From NCBI GenBank assembly GCA_013239625.1, contig MU054391.1, forward strand, positions 2,757,130 through 2,821,129: a stretch of 64,000 bases of DNA, in the 5' to 3' direction. The number at the start of each line of letters is the position of its first letter. Positions within the stretch are counted from its first letter, which is position 1. Below the pieces are notes generated by a model. It ran no database searches. It was not told the origin of the DNA and saw only the letters and a list, made by a program, of their open reading frames with translations. Origin of the DNA: Lama guanicoe. Its lineage: Eukaryota. A program made the translations under genes and the position numbers. This document shows positions 11,081 through 23,800 of the stretch, one piece after another.

Positions 11081-13224
11081 GTTTAAGGGGCCTCAGAAAT
11101 GCCCGGGTCAGCCCTGTTTAGAGCGAGGAAGTTGGAATTAGGGATGGGTGGGAGAAACACTGACGTGTTGAGAAGTGAGATTCTAGCTGAATTCTTCCCC
11201 CGACTCCCTGTGTCCCTTCTCTCCTGGACTCAGTTTTCTGCCTACAAGTAGTAGTGGTGATTTCTGGGATAGCTGAGAAGGAAGATGAAGAAAAAGAGAG
11301 GGTTTATCAAAACAGAAACTCAGAACGTTTTTGTTGTTGAACATTAGATATTCAAATTAAGGTAACAGGAAAGGTGGCAGTGGGGCATCAAAGGCTGATT
11401 AAATGTAAAAAAGAAACAAGCCTCCACGCTGAAGGAAAACGCAAAGATAAAATCAGCAAAGGAAATGCTTGTCTTGTGTCTAAATGCGAACAGAGCCGAA
11501 AGCACAGGGCACGTACTGGGTGCATCAACTTAACCCTCAGCCCTGGGAGAGACGACATTTCTCTAAAGGACCACGGAGGGGGTTCCAGTCTCCTGTTCTT
11601 TCAGAACTTCGAGGAGCCCTGACAAGAGCTGGCCTCCACGTCCTCTCCCAGGGAAACTGGAAGCTGGGACCACAGCAAGAAACGCGCTACCAGGGCGCCC
11701 ACGTTCCTCGCAGGCGGCGCTCAGAAGGCGGCGCGGCAGCCCCTGGGGTCGCTCTGGGCGAACTCACCCTGGGGACCGGCCGCCGTGCGGCGAGCAAGCT
11801 GGGACGGCACAGAGGCCACACGGAGGTGTCCTGGCCCAGGCCCGGCTAACGGGTCAGCCAGTCAGCATCCACCCAGGAGGGCGAGAGAGTGGTCTGCAGA
11901 TGGTCACAGGCTTTGACAGTCCCCAGCGATGCCCCGGAGAGCAGAGACGGGCACTCCCTGTGACCCCCACCCACACTGCAGACTCATGAGCCCAGTGAAA
12001 CTGGGAGCTGTCGGGGAGGTTTGGCCCAGAGTCGTGGCAAGTGGATCAAGGGACGGGTACCGTCACTTAGAGAGAGAAGAGGTGTCACCTCCTAGGGGTG
12101 ACACAGCTGTGTCTGTGAATGTTTGAGTATTATGTCAAACTAAGTTAAACGGGGCTGACGGATAACCGGGGTCTCTGTAACTAACTCGAGGCAGGGGTCA
12201 GACTCAGCAAGATTTCCTCCCCTGGAGAAAGAGGTTCTCAGAATGGCGCCCAGCCCCCAGCACACAGGAGGAGCTACACGGCATTTGTCAGATAAGGTGA
12301 AACTTAACGTGTCTGGTGCACACAGTCATGTGGAGAAGGGCAATTAGAGCGTCTCCCACAGCCAAGGAAGCGTGCAGACTGCTGCCCACAGTCCTGCTAA
12401 GACGTTCACCAGTCACATTTGGGGTTTCTGCTCCGAGGTCCCAGGATAACCAAAGCCGGGCTCCCTACCCTGAAGGCACCATTTTAAAATAGGCTCCACA
12501 CCCTGCGGGACATGCCAATGCTGTTCACTAATTGTACCTTAAGAATTCAGAGGTTACTTGAAAAGGCAGAGCCCCGGGGCAGCCCCACAGCCGGGAGCTC
12601 CTAAATAAAGCAGTCCAGCCAGGGCATCTCCAGAGCGAAGGTGCTCATAGTTGCACTGAGGCCAAGAACATCACGTTTGTTTCCGCCCTGATCTCAGGAG
12701 ACCCGTGATGCGACGGGAACAGCTCTGTCGGCGTGTGAGAGCCAGCCTCCGCCCCCCGGGGGTCTCTGAGAACCCACTGAACATTCCCCGCTGCAAAATA
12801 GGTTTGCAGCTGGGCGTTATGCCCGGGGGGCACTGTGTGGAAGTGTCTTTCAATTAAAACATTTTGTTTTTAGGAACATCAGACTCGAGCGCCAAGTTTG
12901 TACGTGGCCCCGTGAAACTGGTCAGTTCTGAGCCCTGTGTGTTGAGTGCCCGGCACACACCCGGCCCAGGGGAAAGTGTGGGACACACACCAAGGATGAA
13001 GAGCTGCCCCAGGAGAGAGAGGAAGACAGGTCAGCGGAGGACGATGCAGAGCTGGGAGAGGGAGACACAGACACCCTCAGTACCAGGTTCATTTTCAATT
13101 AATTTTAAGCAAATAATAATTTGTGTGGCCTCTGTTATTTTCCACCCAGTACTGAACGAGAGTGAAGCTCTATACAGCTCAGTTTTCCTTTACCTGAAAT
13201 TATTCATCCAGAAACTTTATCTAA

Positions 13225-13293
13225 ATATATATATATATATATATGTATGTATGTGTATATATATATATATATGTATGTATGTATATATATATA
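13225..13293. repeat. (TA)n/(TATG)n microsatellite
   Basis: Directly visible. Confidence 0.95.
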
Positions 13294-13349
13294 TTTTTTT
13301 TTCCCTCTGCAGATCTGAACACCATAAGTCGCTAACAAGTATAACTTGT

Positions 13350-13803
13350 CCTTATGGCCTGAACTGTGTCCTCCACACAATGGTGTGTTGAACTGTAAAC
13401 CTCCAGGACTTCCAGGTCCTGACCTTCTTTGGAAGCCGGATGGGTGCAGATACAATTGAGACTCTGCCATCCTCGGGGACGGTGGATTCAGGGATCCCCT
13501 AATCCACGTCCCTCTAAGAAAATGGCCACGTGAAGTCAGAGACACAGGGAGAGGCCATGCACAGAGGCGGCGGAGACCAGAGGGACACAGCTACCAGCCC
13601 AGGAAGCCGAGGGGAGCCAGCAAAGCTCCAGGAGCTGGAAGACTGGGTCCTGGACCCTCCCTTCCAGGTCTCAGAGGAACCGTGGCCCTGCCGACACCTT
13701 GGTGTTGGACGTCTGGCCTCCAGAACTGTGAGAGAATAAAGGCCCATTGTTTGAAGCCCCCCAGTTTGTGGTGTTGTGTTACGGCAGCTGCAAGGCCCTC
13801 ATA
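13350..13803 (+). mobile_element. MaLR LTR (MLT1C-like), near full length
   Basis: tatggcctgaactgtgtcc...ccctgccgacaccttg...cctccagaactgtgagagaataaa...cagtttgtggtgttgtgttacggcagc. Confidence 0.9.
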
Positions 13804-14369
13804 CCCACGTGTAGGAGCACATCGTGGTGGTGAAGGATGGGTGTCTGGAAACAGTGCCAAGTTCAAGCACTTCCAGGCCTACTACGTTCCCCGACAGTGA
13901 GGTTACTCCACCCTAAATCTCCTTTTTTGTGCCTACATTTCTCTGTAGCTGGCGTCCGCGGAACGCGGCAGGGAGCTGCCAGCAGCCCTCTGAGCAGGAA
14001 GGGGTTTTGTGTGACAAACACTTGGCAGGGCCCCGGGCACAGAGGGGCCTGCGGGGTGGCCGTGGTCTCTCCTCCCCGAGACGCTGACATTGTGGCGGCC
14101 CCCACGCCCCCAATCCTCTCCTCTGTTGTAAACGCTGTCAGGAGGAGACACCAGACGGAGCTGTGCACTCAGTGTGCAAGAACACACCGTGATTTCAGGC
14201 GAGAACAGAATAATATTTTCCTTTCTCCCTTCGGGACGAGGCTCACGCAGAGCCTTTGCGTCTCCCCGCGGCTTAGGTGGCTTTCTGCCGCTCACAGCCT
14301 CGGCTGTTGGATCGGGCGTCGGGTCCTGGATCCTGCGGTCCAGAGCAAGACGGAGCTGGGGCGTTCACT

Positions 14370-14468
14370 GTGATGTGTGAGTGCCTGTGTCTGTGAGTTT
14401 ATGTGTTTGTGTGTGTGTGTGTCTGTGCGTCTGTGAGGGTGTACGTGTTGGTGTGTGTCTGTGTGTGT
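14370..14468. repeat. Degenerate (TG)n tract
   Basis: Directly visible. Confidence 0.9.
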
Positions 14469-15599
14469 ACCATTTAAAATAGCCAGGGGATGATACTGAA
14501 TATTAGTAACTATAATTAGCAGGGGTGGCCTGCATGGGTGCAAAACTTTTCCAATTCAAACTGTATGACTCAGTAAGAATGTTACATTTAATTTTACAAA
14601 TTGCGAATATTATTTAAAAAGATTGTTCCACAGTATGGAAAAAAAATAAAAAACAAAGTTCAGCTTCCCAGGGCTTCTGTTCTCCGAACGTGTCCCCCGG
14701 CCCTTGATTTGTCCCTGTTTTTGCTTCCTTTGAGGCCTCCCTCTCACCCCTCGTATGTGCTTGTCAAAATCCTCCACCAGCGGACACTTCCCAGGGCCTC
14801 TTCCCTGTGGCCTGGCCTGGGCTCAGCACAGCCACACCCAGATGGCGGCGTCTGCCTCTGCCTGAACCAGGCCGCGCTCCCAGGCGCCGTGGGCCGCCTC
14901 CCCCCATGGCCCGCAGGTGTGCCGGCTCTGTTGGGGGGGCTGGAAGAGGGGCACCCGCTCAAGGAACAGCTCTGATGTCCTCCCCTCCGTCCCCCGCAGT
15001 GTCCCTCATAGCAGCCTCATACACGTGTACGGAGCCCACGTGTGCCCAGCTAACCTGCCACAGCGACGCCGGGGATAAGGGAATGCCACTCATGTTTCCA
15101 GGGTCATACGACACCTTTGAATGCTAAGGGCCCTGGTGGCCGAAGGACCCCAGGAGAGGAAGAGGGAGGCCGACGGGAGACACTGGGCCGCAGGGCCAGG
15201 TGACCCGCGCCCCGGAGGAAGCTTCCCTTTTTCCTAGGTGTGGGAACCATTTTTGGATCCCTCTGCTCTCCCATTTGTTTCCCTCCATCAAACAGGCATA
15301 AGACATACCCTCGAGAGTCCTAATGGCAGTCGGAGGAGGTCACGGTGTGGGGCCAGCGCAGCCCGAGTTCTCGAAGGAGAAGTGGGCAGAGTCGCCGAGC
15401 AGAAGCAGCAGCTCAGAGCAGCCCCCGGCCGCTCCCCCAGCCCCGCTCCCTCTCGCTCCTCGACCTCCACGTGTTTGTTCATGCCGTTTCCTCTCCTGCT
15501 CGCCGCAAGGCTGGCCTTGAGGTTGGTCTCAATCAGACCACAGCAGCATTTGTAACTTCACAGCCAAGGCTCCAGACAGAAACAAGCGTTAGCCAAGAG

Positions 15600-16060
15600 A
15601 ATCCCACGGGAGACCATTAGCGCCTTCCAGGCGCCGTAAGGGACCCAGGAGCCCGCCCCGCGCCCTCCCAGCGCTGTCTGCGAGGCTGGCCCGGGCGGGC
15701 TGCTCAGGGCAGCTCTGGGGCCCGACACTCACCCGCCGCTGAGCCTTAGCACGTTGATTTCGGAAGCTTGGGGGAGGCTCACAGCCGCGGGGTTCCCCTG
15801 AGATCCAGGCAGCTCAGCTTGCTCATGCCTCGGTAAGAAGCAGCTTGAGGTCTCGGGCGGCCTCGCCCATTGGCCCATCCCTCCTGCGGGCTCTGCTGCA
15901 CCGAGACTCGGTCTTCTGCGCCCTGCTCGAACGGGCTGCGCGGCCCTGAGGCCGGTGTGCCACAGGAAGTGAGGATCCAAGCTGCCTTCGGCGGCGGCTG
16001 CCGGGCCAGCCCACGCCCTGCCGGGTAGCGCCCCCTCTCGGGGAATGGGCGCCTCCTACT
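15600..16060. promoter_or_regulatory. CpG-rich segment with a CTCF-like motif at ~16028-16042
   Basis: Elevated CpG. Minus strand reads CCGAGAGGGGGCGCT, similar to the CTCF core. Confidence 0.35.
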
Positions 16061-16659
16061 CAGCCATCCCGCCTTCGTTCTTCACTGACTCCATCTTCAC
16101 AACAGCTCTGGAGGCAAGTGTGAGCAGCCGCGCTTTACACGTGGCAACAGTGAGGGCCAGCGCACCAGGCCAGGTGCAGAGTGAGATTCTCAGAGCCAAA
16201 GAGAGATTCGAACTCAGGGCTGTATGGAAAGTCCGAGCTCTTTCAGGAGGACGTCTTGGCGATGGGAAGGGGGCCCTGAAGAGGAGGAAGGGTAGAGCTG
16301 CAACAGACCGCGCAGGGCGGCCGCTGGCCAGCCCAGACCAGCCGTGCGGTCAAGCCCTGCTCTCCTGCGTGCAGGTCGCAGGGCAGGAGGGAAGCAGCAA
16401 GGGCTGAGCCCGGCTCCTGATGCACCCCTCCCTTCCTTCCCCTCCCCTCCCCTCCCTCTTCAGCGTCTGGAAACAAACCAGCTAACAAGGTGGCCCAGCG
16501 AGGATTCCAACCCTAAGGCTCCCGTAAGTTGCAAGAGCATCACCTCTTGACTTCCCTGCCATTTTGTTTCTGGCCTTTTCCCCCTCAAAGGCCTGGGCCG
16601 CCTTCTTGGAAAAAGGCACAGATACTCTTTGCAAAGGCTAGAAAAGCAGGTGCCCTCAA

Positions 16660-16890
16660 GCTTATCTGAATATTTGGTGTAAATCCGTGTTTTGAAATGT
16701 AAATGCTGCTGCAGCCTGTCTAGTTTGAGATAAAGCTGCGAACAGTGAGTTAAGCCTTGTTTTATGCAGTTCATTATCTGAAGCCTGCGACGGGGCGGCC
16801 ACCTTTCCAAGCATAATGGAGGTCACACCCAGGTAGATAACTGCCCCCCTCGCCGTCTCCCCCCACCATAAGCCACATTTATTAGATAAT
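16660..16890. promoter_or_regulatory. Candidate GATA-cluster enhancer
   Basis: AGATAA/TTATCT at 16662, 16728, 16774, 16835 and 16884. Confidence 0.45.
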
Positions 16891-18799
16891 GTTGGACATA
16901 AACGGACCAGGGTATAAACGTTTTATATGTGCTTACATACACAACACAAAAGGATGATTGCTTTAAGTATTTATTCGCTATTAAACATCTCAGTCCTTCA
17001 TACAATTGTTTCCTTACTGTCCATGCAAAAAGCAGATTTTTTTCTTCTTCCCAGGGTGAAATTGAATGTATTCATCTTGCTGAGACACATGATTTAATCT
17101 TCCAGAGTGGCAGTGGGAAAGAGTGTGGAATCTCTTTGATTTTTTTTATTATCTTTAAATAATTGCAAAGAAAAAAAAGCTGGAAATGCATTCATCTGCC
17201 CAAGTCCAGTAATTAAATTCTCCTTTCTTCTCTCATGTCCTTCCAAACACAGACGAGCAAGCAAAGTCGAACCCCCAAAGCGCCCGGGTTACCTCAAAAG
17301 GAAAGGGGGTGCAGGGCCCGGTGTCACAGACTTTAGGTCCGAGCACATCCATCCCGTCGCTGCGCAGAGGTCGTAGCTGCAGCAACGATTCAAAATGACC
17401 TAATTCCGAATTCTTTCCTTCACCGCCATTCCGGGATTAGACCTAGTTAACGCCTTTTGTAACTGCCTTGTCCCCCCGTTTTCTCTCGTGGCTTGTTTTA
17501 TAGCCTCCTTTCTTCTCATCCCCCTCTTTCATCTTCTCCCTCAGCACCTCAGCTTCCTGTTTCTGTCTTTATTTCCCCCCTATATGGACACTCCAGCCCC
17601 CCTCGGCTGTGCTGGGGCTTTCTGCGTCAACGGCACCCCGGGTCACTGAGCTTTCCCCTTCCTGGTGCAGAGCCGCTGTCTCTCTGCCCGATTTCTTTAT
17701 CCTCCTGGATTCCAGCGGCTCCTCCTGGCACTGGCTAGACCGCCAGCATTCCACACCTCTGCGTACTAGCCGTCAGCTAGGGGACGGCCTGTCTGCCCAT
17801 CCCTCTGTGTGAACAGAACACGTAGAAAGCCTTGGGCAAAGACGCACCTTCTCCGTGAACTTGTACGGCTGGCACTGCGGGGCAGCCCTCCGGGTGGAAT
17901 CTAACAAAGACAAGCCTCCTTTTCTCCTGCATCCTTCGTGGTCACCTCCAGCAGCATCTCATTGCCTTGTTTGTTGAAGACCCAGCTGGGCTGCAGGAGA
18001 TAAGAGCTGATCTGTGTGTCCAGAATATTGACTCTCAAGCACATGTTTGCAGACTTATTACTGGGAAGCTACGTAGGTCTCTCAGACGTGGCTTAAGAGG
18101 CATATCAATGTGTTTTTTATTTAAATATTTGACTCTGTTTTTAATAGGAATGATACCATCGTGGCATTATGCTCCAGATTCTATTGACTGTCGCTTGCTG
18201 ATGACATTAAGTAATTCTAGAAAATGTGTGATCCATATTTTATTTATAACCAAAGAGGCACCATTAAAATTAAAATAGGACCCCAGGGCTACATCGCTCA
18301 GACACATGCCCGTCACGAGTGGATGTCAACACGAATACCAAGTCTTGGCACCTTCTGGCACACAGCTCTTAAAATAAATCCATCTGCAGATATCTGATGA
18401 CAATCAAGGTCACAGCAGTGGGAAAGCACAGATGAGGACTTCAGGGATGCACTTACCAAGACTGACTGTGTCCACGTGCGTCGCCAGAGCAACCTCTGGC
18501 ACTGATGCACGCCCTCTTCCCGGGGAACACTGACCAATTTTTAGGTTGTATTGACCACTTTAATGTATTAGGTCATTTCGCTCTAAATGGTTAAGTTGCT
18601 TTGTTCACAAGAATTCTGGTGGAACAAGCACCTATTCAGTGGGGACGCCTGGGAGAGAGCACTGGTTAATTCCAGCCCCTCTGATGTCACTGCAGCCAAG
18701 ATCTTGCATGGTTTCAAGGGCAAGTCCACAGCACTAATAACGAAATAAGCACCTGTCATGTGCCAGGGGTGATGCGCCCAATTCTTAAGAAGATGGATG

Positions 18800-19440
18800 T
18801 ATTTCTCTTTCTCTATCTGACTTACTTCACTCAGTATGATCACCTCTAGATCTATCCATGTTGCTGCAAATGGCATTATTTTATTCTTTTTTATGGCCGA
18901 GTAGTATTCCATTGTATAAATATACCACAACTTCTTTACCTTATCATCTGTTGATGGACATTTAGGTTGCTTCCATGTCTTGCCTATTGTAAACAGTGCT
19001 GCTATGAACACTGGGGTGCCTGTATCTTTTCAAATTAGTATTTTCTCTGCATAGATGCCCAGGAGTATGACATCACATGTGAAATCTAAAGAACGTTACA
19101 AATGAACATATTTATAAAACAGGAACAGACTCAGACGTAGAAAACAAACTTCTGGTTAACAAACGGGAAAGGTGGGGGAGGGATAAATTAGGAGTTTGGA
19201 ATTAACGTATACACACTACTTTATATAAACTAGATAAACAACAAGGCCCTACTGTAGAGCATAGGGAACATTCAATATCTTGTAATGAGCTATAATGGAA
19301 AAGAATTGGAAAAAGAACACACACAGATGTATCACTGAATCACTGTGCTGTACGCCAGAATTAACACAACCTTGTAAATCAACTGCACTTCAATAAAAAT
19401 AAAATAAAAGATCTATACAAAAAAACAACAACAAGAAAAT
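18800..19440 (+). mobile_element. 5'-inverted (twin-primed) L1
   Basis: Antisense 18800-19065 encodes the ORF2 C-terminus ([21 protein letters not shown]...). Sense 3'UTR and A tail run 19066-19440. Confidence 0.92.
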
Positions 19441-20589
19441 AGATGGGTTTACGGGGAAGTGGCTGCATCTGAGCTGCAGGGTCTTCCCCAGGCGACAGTT
19501 CTCTCCACAGCACTTGTGTTAACAGTGTTGGATCCGTTTCCTCAGAGAAGGTCCCCCAGATTGCGCGGCTCCGGCCTTACCAAAGCCAGCCCCTGCACGT
19601 TACATATTTCACAGCACCCTTGCAGTTGTGTGAATTTGTGACTTACGAGAACGTTACACCAAAAAGCAAAAGAGTAAGTCGAACAGGCGGGCTGTGGAAC
19701 ATACAGCTTCCCTGGGAGCCCGCCTTGGCGCCCGTCTCAGCGGCGCGGCGCTCCCGAGGACGCCTGCCGGCTTGAGCGCTGTCGGCGTTGTTGCTTTCCC
19801 GCGCTTATGTGTCCACGCTCTGTAGTTACAGGCTGCGACCACAGTCGCTACGGGGGACCTTGGCTGTGTTGGCATATACGGCCCATTCTACGTTAGCAAG
19901 GGGTTCGTGAGAATTTCTCCCTCTGAAGAGGAACTTGGACAATGTTTGAAATATCCCGCAGTAGCCTAAGGTCCCAGGGCCGTCCGTGCGCAGAGCGGTA
20001 CCGGGACAGGCAGGCGTCTTCCGCTTCACCACCTCCTGACCTTCATCTTAACGTCCGACTGGCCGGCTGACTGGCCGCGCCGAGGCCTGGAGTGTGCGTG
20101 TGGCCCGTGTCCGAGCTGCCGGGGGAGAAGCGGCAGGACGCCGCGGCCACGCTGGGGCTCCTCACCACCTGCAGGCTGACATCCAGGTCCCCGGGCAGGG
20201 CACACACAGACCTCCACAACCCCCTCTCTGCCCTCTCTTGCTCTCCCGCTGACTGGCCCCTGGTGTCCCACAGCAGGGCGTCCCCCTCTTCACCTTTCCC
20301 CCCGACCCCACCCCCCAGACTCTGGACAAACCAGCCTTCTGGGCAATGGCTGACTGCATCACACCGCCTCCCGCGCCACCCGTTCCCTCCAACCCAGCCA
20401 CCGTCACCTCCTCTGTCCCAGCTGCCCCTCCACCATCACCTCCCTGAGCACACCTTTCCTGTCCGCCCACAAATCCTCTTCCAGGGCACGGTGGGTGGCT
20501 CCCTCCCGGATGTTCCCAGGTTCTAGAATATTTATTTCGCTAACTTGAATACAGGGCCATCTCCCTGGTTCAATCACCTGCCCCTGATT

Positions 20590-20826
20590 TGGGAGTTTGA
20601 GATTTGCAAGTGTTAACCACTACATACAAAAACAGATAAAAAACAAGATTTCTTCTGTAGAGCATAGGGAACTATATTCAATATCTTATAATAACCTTTA
20701 AAAGAAAAGAATAGGAAAATGAATACACATATACATGCATGACTGGAACCCTGTGATGACTGGGACCCTGTGCTGCACACCAGAAACTGACACAGTGTAA
20801 CTGACTGTACTTCAGTTAAAAAAAAA
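20590..20826 (+). mobile_element. L1 3' end fragment
   Basis: gggagtttgagatttgcaag...caccagaaactgacaca...A tail. Approximate TSD aatcacctg / aatcgcctg. Internal 17-bp duplication atgactgg(a/g)accctgtg. Confidence 0.9.
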
Positions 20827-23800
20827 TCGCCTGTGCAGTGCTGGGCTCCAGGGCACAGGCTCCACTCCACCAGGGACGATCTGCCTACAAAAGTAATGGA
20901 GCACACTTCCACGTCCTGCATCTTTGCTTGTGAAGCTGAGCATGTGCATTTCTTTAACTTCTGACTCACCTGGAAACTTGGATCCATGGTGTTGAAAATT
21001 GTCAGAGAGACGCGCCTGCCACAAAGCAGGACTTCAAAAGGTGTCCACTGAGTGAACGGTGCCACGCATTTCCCCGAACTTCTCCTGCGCAGCCCAGCGT
21101 GGACTCCCAGGCCGTCAAGAGCACAGCATCGTTTTCAAATCGATCGTGTTTAATACATTTCTTTCTACAAGCCAATGCAATGCAAAAGCATGTTTTTCTC
21201 CCCCCAGGGAGAAATCAATTTCTAAAGTTTGATTTGAGGGGGAGTTCACTTTCAGTTCAAACCAAGTTGTCTGCAAAAGTCAAACTTCGCTGCTCTTTAT
21301 TCTTCCTCTTTCTAGGCGAAACGGCTGAGCCTTACCTACGGGAAGTGAGACTCACTCACTGCCGCTGCCGCTGCCCCCAGTTCCACCAGTGTGTCCATGC
21401 AGGATTCCTATGTTGGTGAGACAGCCTGACCAGTGTGTGGTACTTCGTAGCGAGAGACAGAGACCCGCAGAAAGAAAAGTACATCGGGGCGTTTGAATGC
21501 ACTTCCGGGAATTACTCATTTATTCTGCCGCTGCAGTTCTCTTGTGTTTAACCTTCACTTGGGAGGGAGTAGAGGACGAGGATTCTAAGCCGGAGGCCTG
21601 ACGTTCAGCCTCAGCTCTAGAGGGCACGTTGCGTGGCCCAGTGTGGCCCTGCCCGGCCCTGCCGTGCTCGTGGGCAAAGCTGAGATTAAAGCACCGCTCC
21701 ACCCTGGAGCTGTGGCGAGGGTTAGGTGTGACGGGACATCCAGGGAGAGCAAGCACATGCTCGCTGTGCCTGAGACCAGGCTGCCCTTGAACCGGGACTC
21801 TTCCCCCATCCGTCTGTTTGTGAACTTAGACGACATAAAAAAACCTGGAGGCTTCTCACCAGCGTGCCTCCTGGGCTGTCCGCCCGGCCTCCTGGTCGTC
21901 CAGCCATTAGCCCGGATGGATCCAGTCCCAGGGGCCCAGAGTGGGCCCTGGGACCCGCATCGGGAACATGTCCCCACGGTGGCTCTGACGGGCTGTCTGT
22001 GCACTGAACTTGGAGCCCACGGACAGGGCCACCGTGTCCCTTCCAAGCAGCTTTGAAAGCTGAGTGCAGAAGCCTTCACTCCCACCCCGTTTATTGTTGG
22101 CTGAGCAAATGCTCTAAGCTCATGCAAAGGACTTCTGCTTTCTGGAGCCCATGATGGTGCTGGCAGGGCCTCCTGGACTTCCCAGGTCAGAAATACCCAT
22201 GCGGTGTCGTCAGGTTTCCATCGGACCTGGGCACCTACTTTGTAACCTTGGGAAGATGCTCCGTGGATACGTACATGACATAGTCTTATGGAAAGACCTC
22301 AGGCTCAGAAGTCAGACCAGCGGAGGCTTGGACCCATTTCTGTCACTCCCTCCCACCGTGTGCTGGAAGGAACAGAAGAAGGAAGGGCACGGAGGGGCGG
22401 AGACCAAGGGGAGAGGCCACTCTTGGACTTCACAGGACCTTCGGGTAACAACTTGCGTCGTGGGGGCCTCATCGTGAGGTCTGAAGGAGCCGTGAGAAGC
22501 AGGCACTCGACACCCCCAAGCGCTGGTTTCCTTCCTGGCCTTCTCCGAGCCCACCTCCTGCCTGTCTGTGACTAAGCACGGCCGGCCCTCCACCACTCAC
22601 CCAACCCCGGGTGGGATCCGTGGACACTTACCGCCATTCAGTTGTTGGACACGCCACGGCTTTGTCTTCCCACTGGATTATAAGCACCCTGAGATCGAGG
22701 ACTGCGTCTCAGCCCGGCTCTGTCTCCCACCCGTTCTTGCACCTCCCCGCCGCCCCAGAGCTCCGACCCACACGCCCTGTCCCTGCGCATCCTCAGCTGT
22801 CCGGAGCGATAATAGAGGGAGCGATAAACAGACCACAGATTCAGTTCCTGACCTAAGAGGTGGGATTACCAGGCAAGCCAGAGCCGGGGAATTCACGTGC
22901 ACTGGGAAGTACGTAGTGACTCACCGGTTGCCAAAAAAAGCAGACAGGGAACCTCCCAGAAGCGGCGAGGGCTGCCAGGAGCCAGGGGCTCCGCTCTGCG
23001 TTGCTTTCTGCGCTCGGTGCCTGGACCTCCCCTTCCTCACGCAAACGTGCTTGCCGGGACTCCAGTGAACACCTCTCCCTGCCTGCTGACTCGACCGCAG
23101 TCCAGCCGCGAGGCCGCCCCAGCCCCCACGTGAGCCTCACTGAGGGCTCCGTGAGCCGAAGAGCAGACACTGAAGGCGCTCAAAAATTCCTGAAGGAAGA
23201 ACGTAGTAGAACCTAACAGTCTGCGTGTGTCTTTTAAGGGTAAACATTAAAATGAGCCAGTGACATATTTGAAGAACCAGAGCATTTTCTTGAAAACAAA
23301 TTGTGCGTAAGTCAGAGCAAGGCTTCCCAAATGCCCTTCGGTCATTCAGGAGCTGTGCTTCTCCAGGGTGGAGCCGTGAGGCAGCCCTTTACAGGTTTTG
23401 CTTTATTGGAACTTTCCCAGGGTGACTGGGGTCACGGTGACAAGTTGTCATTTGCTCCAGGCTCCATCCGAGACCCCAGCTCCAGAAAGGAAGGGGTGCC
23501 TGGAACTTACCTCCATCCTCATCTCTGCAGCCTCCCCCGTTCCCACCATCAACTCACAGTGCGGTGGGGTGCTTCTCCACTTCTTCTGTCTTCTCTCCCC
23601 GAAGTCTGAACCCTGCCTATAACAAAGAAAATGTTCCTTCCTAAACCAGAAGAAGGTTCTCCTCCTGGGCAGGCAGGGAACTCGCTCCCACACCCTGAAT
23701 ACTGAACACCGCTCTCTGGCTCCAGCCCTGAACATTTGATTTATATTAACTGAAACTGACTATCTTTACAAAAACACATGAAAGGGTTTTGTCATAATCA

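Noticed and set aside
18583..19011. 142-aa ORF with protein-like sequence
   Set aside because: It is the L1 ORF2 C-terminus inside an inverted L1 fragment, running into flanking DNA; not a host gene.
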